From: an uncultured Acetatifactor sp.
GTDB lineage: Bacteria; Bacillota; Clostridia; Lachnospirales; Lachnospiraceae
Assembly (NCBI GenBank): GCA_947594835.1
Contig: CANQEH010000013.1
Location: 8,838-72,837, forward strand
DNA: 64,000 bases
Direction of reading: 5' to 3'
Under the pieces are notes generated by a model. It saw only the letters and a list, made by a program, of their open reading frames with translations, was not told the DNA's origin and searched no databases. How positions within the stretch are numbered: the stretch's first letter is position 1; every line of letters begins with the position of its first letter. The position numbers and the translations under genes are program-made. Positions 62,089-64,000 of this stretch are shown piece after piece.

Positions 62089-63138
62089 CTAGGGAAAATA
62101 CTTCTCATACACCTCAAAAAAACTGGTGGTGGAGATCCCCTCCCCGTGCGCCAGGGCCACCTGGCCCCACAGTTCTTCATTCAGGCTCTTGTCCAGAGTC
62201 TCCACAAAGGCGTCGTACTCCTGGCCGAACACCTCACGCCTGCGCTCCTCCACGATCTGCAGCTTGTTGGCGTCCGTCTGCTCCCTGTCAAACGTGTTGA
62301 TACATTTGATGATGTGGTAGCCGTCGCCGCTCTCCACCACCCGGCTGATTTCGCCTGTCTCCAGAGAAAAAGCCGCCTCCTCGAAGGCCGGATCCATCTC
62401 CCCCTTTCCGAAGGAACAGGTGATTGCGGCGTCCCCGCTGTAGCGCGAGGCAAGATCCAGGAAGTCCTGCTCTCCCGAGACGGCCATCTCCCTGATTTCC
62501 TGGGCTTTTTCGTATACCGCCGCCTTTGCGTCGTCCGTGTAATCCACCCGGTTCCCCGCGCCGTCTGTGACATAGGTGGGCAGGAAGATGTGCTGAACCG
62601 TAATGGTGCGGGCCTCGTCGTCGCTGATCTCCGGGTTGATGTCCTGAATGATATACTCATACACCTTGTCCGCCAGGGCGTACTCCTCATACATCCGGCC
62701 AAGGAGCTCCTGGCTGACTCCCGTCAGCTCCACCTCCGCCTGGCTTAAGGACTGGAAATACTCCGCCGCGGCCTGGTTTACCTTTGCCTGCTCTTTCTCG
62801 CTTAAGCCCACTTCCTTGTCCAGGGCCAGCAGATACATGGTCTTGACCTGGGCGATCCTGGCCAGCGCCATGTCCTTCACATTCTCCTCCAGGGTAACGC
62901 CGTCTAAAGACACCTCCCACACCTGGGGGCCGTACACATTCTCATACTTGTCCTGGGTGTTGATCAGATACACCATCATCTCCGGCAGCGTGCAGGCCGC
63001 GCTCCCGATCCGGAACACCTCGTCCTCTCCCAGGCCGGTGGTGAACACCACCCGGGGGCTGCCGCAGGCGCAGAGACACCCCGGAAAAAATGACAATACA
63101 AGCAGCAGGGTCAGAAAACGCCTCCCGACCCTGCCGAT
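62089..63138 (-). CDS. PrsA-like lipoprotein peptidyl-prolyl isomerase (PpiC/parvulin type); start codon uncertain
   Basis: RRFLTLLLVLSFFPGCLCACGS is a signal peptide with a lipobox. Parvulin domain (ITVQHIFLP...GEISRVVESGDGYHIIKC). The track ORF's first ~75 codons overlap ilvE and are not credible, and there is no ATG/GTG/TTG in frame near the signal peptide. Confidence 0.7.
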   Translation of the reverse strand: MGRVGRRFLTLLLVLSFFPGCLCACGSPRVVFTTGLGEDEVFRIGSAACTLPEMMVYLINTQDKYENVYGPQVWEVSLDGVTLEENVKDMALARIAQVKTMYLLALDKEVGLSEKEQAKVNQAAAEYFQSLSQAEVELTGVSQELLGRMYEEYALADKVYEYIIQDINPEISDDEARTITVQHIFLPTYVTDGAGNRVDYTDDAKAAVYEKAQEIREMAVSGEQDFLDLASRYSGDAAITCSFGKGEMDPAFEEAAFSLETGEISRVVESGDGYHIIKCINTFDREQTDANKLQIVEERRREVFGQEYDAFVETLDKSLNEELWGQVALAHGEGISTTSFFEVYEKYFP

Positions 63139-63173
63139 CCCTTTTTGATTCTTTTGTTCCCCTCTGCCGCCCC

Positions 63174-64000
63174 TCACAGGATCACATGGATCCAGCCTTC
63201 GGGCGCCTGGATGCGTCCCATCTGGATGCCGGTGAGCGTGTCGTAGAGTTTTCTGGTGACAGGCCCCATCTCCTCCATGCCGCTGGGCAGGCAGATTTCC
63301 CTGCCGTGATCTACAATCTTTCCCACAGGGGAGATGACAGCCGCGGTTCCGCACAGGCCGCACTCCGCAAAATCCTTCACCTCATCCAGGAAAACTTCCC
63401 GCTCCTCCACCGCAAGGCCCAGATATTCCTTCGCCACATGAACCAGGGAACGCCGGGTGATGGAGGGAAGGATGCTGTCGGACTTGGGAGTCACCACCTT
63501 GCCGTCCTTTGTCACAAACAAAAAGTTTGCGCCGCCGGTCTCCTCCACCTTGGTGCGAGTAGAGGGGTCAAGGTACATATTCTCGTCATAGCCCTCCTCA
63601 TGGGCGGTGACGATGGCGTGCAGGCTCATGGCGTAGTTTAAGCCAGCCTTGATGTGCCCCGTGCCATGGGGCGCCGCCCGGTCAAAGTCGCTGACCCGGA
63701 TGGTGAGGGGCTTTGCGCCGCCCTTAAAGTAAGGGCCCACGGGCGTGCAGAAAATGCGGAACTGATACTCGTCGGCGGGCTTTACCCCGATGACGGGATT
63801 GCTGCCGAACATATAGGGGCGCACATACAGCGTGGCGCCGCTGCCATAGGGGGGCACATAAGCGGCGTTTGCCGCCACGACCTCCGACACTGCCTTCACA
63901 AAGCGGTCACAGGGAAAGACCGGCATCTCCAGCCTGGCGGCGCTCTTCTCCATGCGCTCTGCGTTTAAATCGGGGCGGAATGTCACGATATGCCCGTCCT
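63174..64000 (-). CDS. ilvE: branched-chain amino acid aminotransferase, N-terminus beyond the window end
   Basis: ...DGHIVTFRPDLNAERMEKSAARLEMP..., with the frame open to position 64000. Class IV aminotransferase features (YVRPYMFGS, GTGHIKAGLNYA). Confidence 0.9.
   Translation of the reverse strand, partial: DGHIVTFRPDLNAERMEKSAARLEMPVFPCDRFVKAVSEVVAANAAYVPPYGSGATLYVRPYMFGSNPVIGVKPADEYQFRIFCTPVGPYFKGGAKPLTIRVSDFDRAAPHGTGHIKAGLNYAMSLHAIVTAHEEGYDENMYLDPSTRTKVEETGGANFLFVTKDGKVVTPKSDSILPSITRRSLVHVAKEYLGLAVEEREVFLDEVKDFAECGLCGTAAVISPVGKIVDHGREICLPSGMEEMGPVTRKLYDTLTGIQMGRIQAPEGWIHVIL

Noticed and set aside
1-64000. Search for tRNA, rRNA, tmRNA, intact IS elements, integrases, prophage or known defence genes.
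   Set aside because: No cloverleaf-like or rRNA-like segments were seen in the intergenic regions, and no transposase, integrase, phage or restriction/Cas-like ORFs were recognised. The only mobility-related gene is the Rpn-like PD-(D/E)XK protein.

Overview
This is a 64-kb chromosomal window from a Gram-positive, spore-forming anaerobe. Gene content and order look Clostridia/Lachnospiraceae-like, but that is inference only. Coding density is high and almost every gene is on the minus strand.

Core genes:
- relA (3' end cut at position 1), apt and a CBS-pair protein
- purA
- purC-purF-purB
- htpG behind a perfect CIRCE operator
- a PrsA-like foldase
- ilvE (5' end lies beyond 64000)
- a sleC-like cortex-lytic enzyme

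Less ordinary content:
1. A visibly AT-rich mosaic island at about 6.5-18.0 kb. It holds decayed transporter genes, a PadR-flavoprotein pair and a PD-(D/E)XK Rpn-like gene. At its left edge is a compact convergent-promoter cassette encoding a 43-aa hydrophobic/basic peptide. It looks like a type I toxin-antitoxin locus, and its ORFs fall below the 60-aa track cutoff.
2. A ~15.7-kb oligosaccharide utilisation locus, probably beta-glucan type. It has a YesM/YesN-type sensor, two lipoprotein solute-binding proteins, GH30 and two very large GH94-like proteins. A sugar-binding-domain GGDEF protein faces it.
3. Two separate VTC-domain + DUF4956 gene pairs. One is GC-rich and linked to an OmpR-type two-component system and a beta-helix lipoprotein. 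The other is AT-rich and linked to a membrane-anchored CotH kinase-like protein.
4. A translationally coupled four-gene operon with no function I can assign: a 1192-aa repeat protein, an Hsp70/actin-fold-like protein, a helical protein and a coiled-coil membrane protein.

I recognised no rRNA, tRNA, CRISPR array, intact IS or prophage. Many long ORFs in the track are antisense shadows of real GC-rich genes and were not called.
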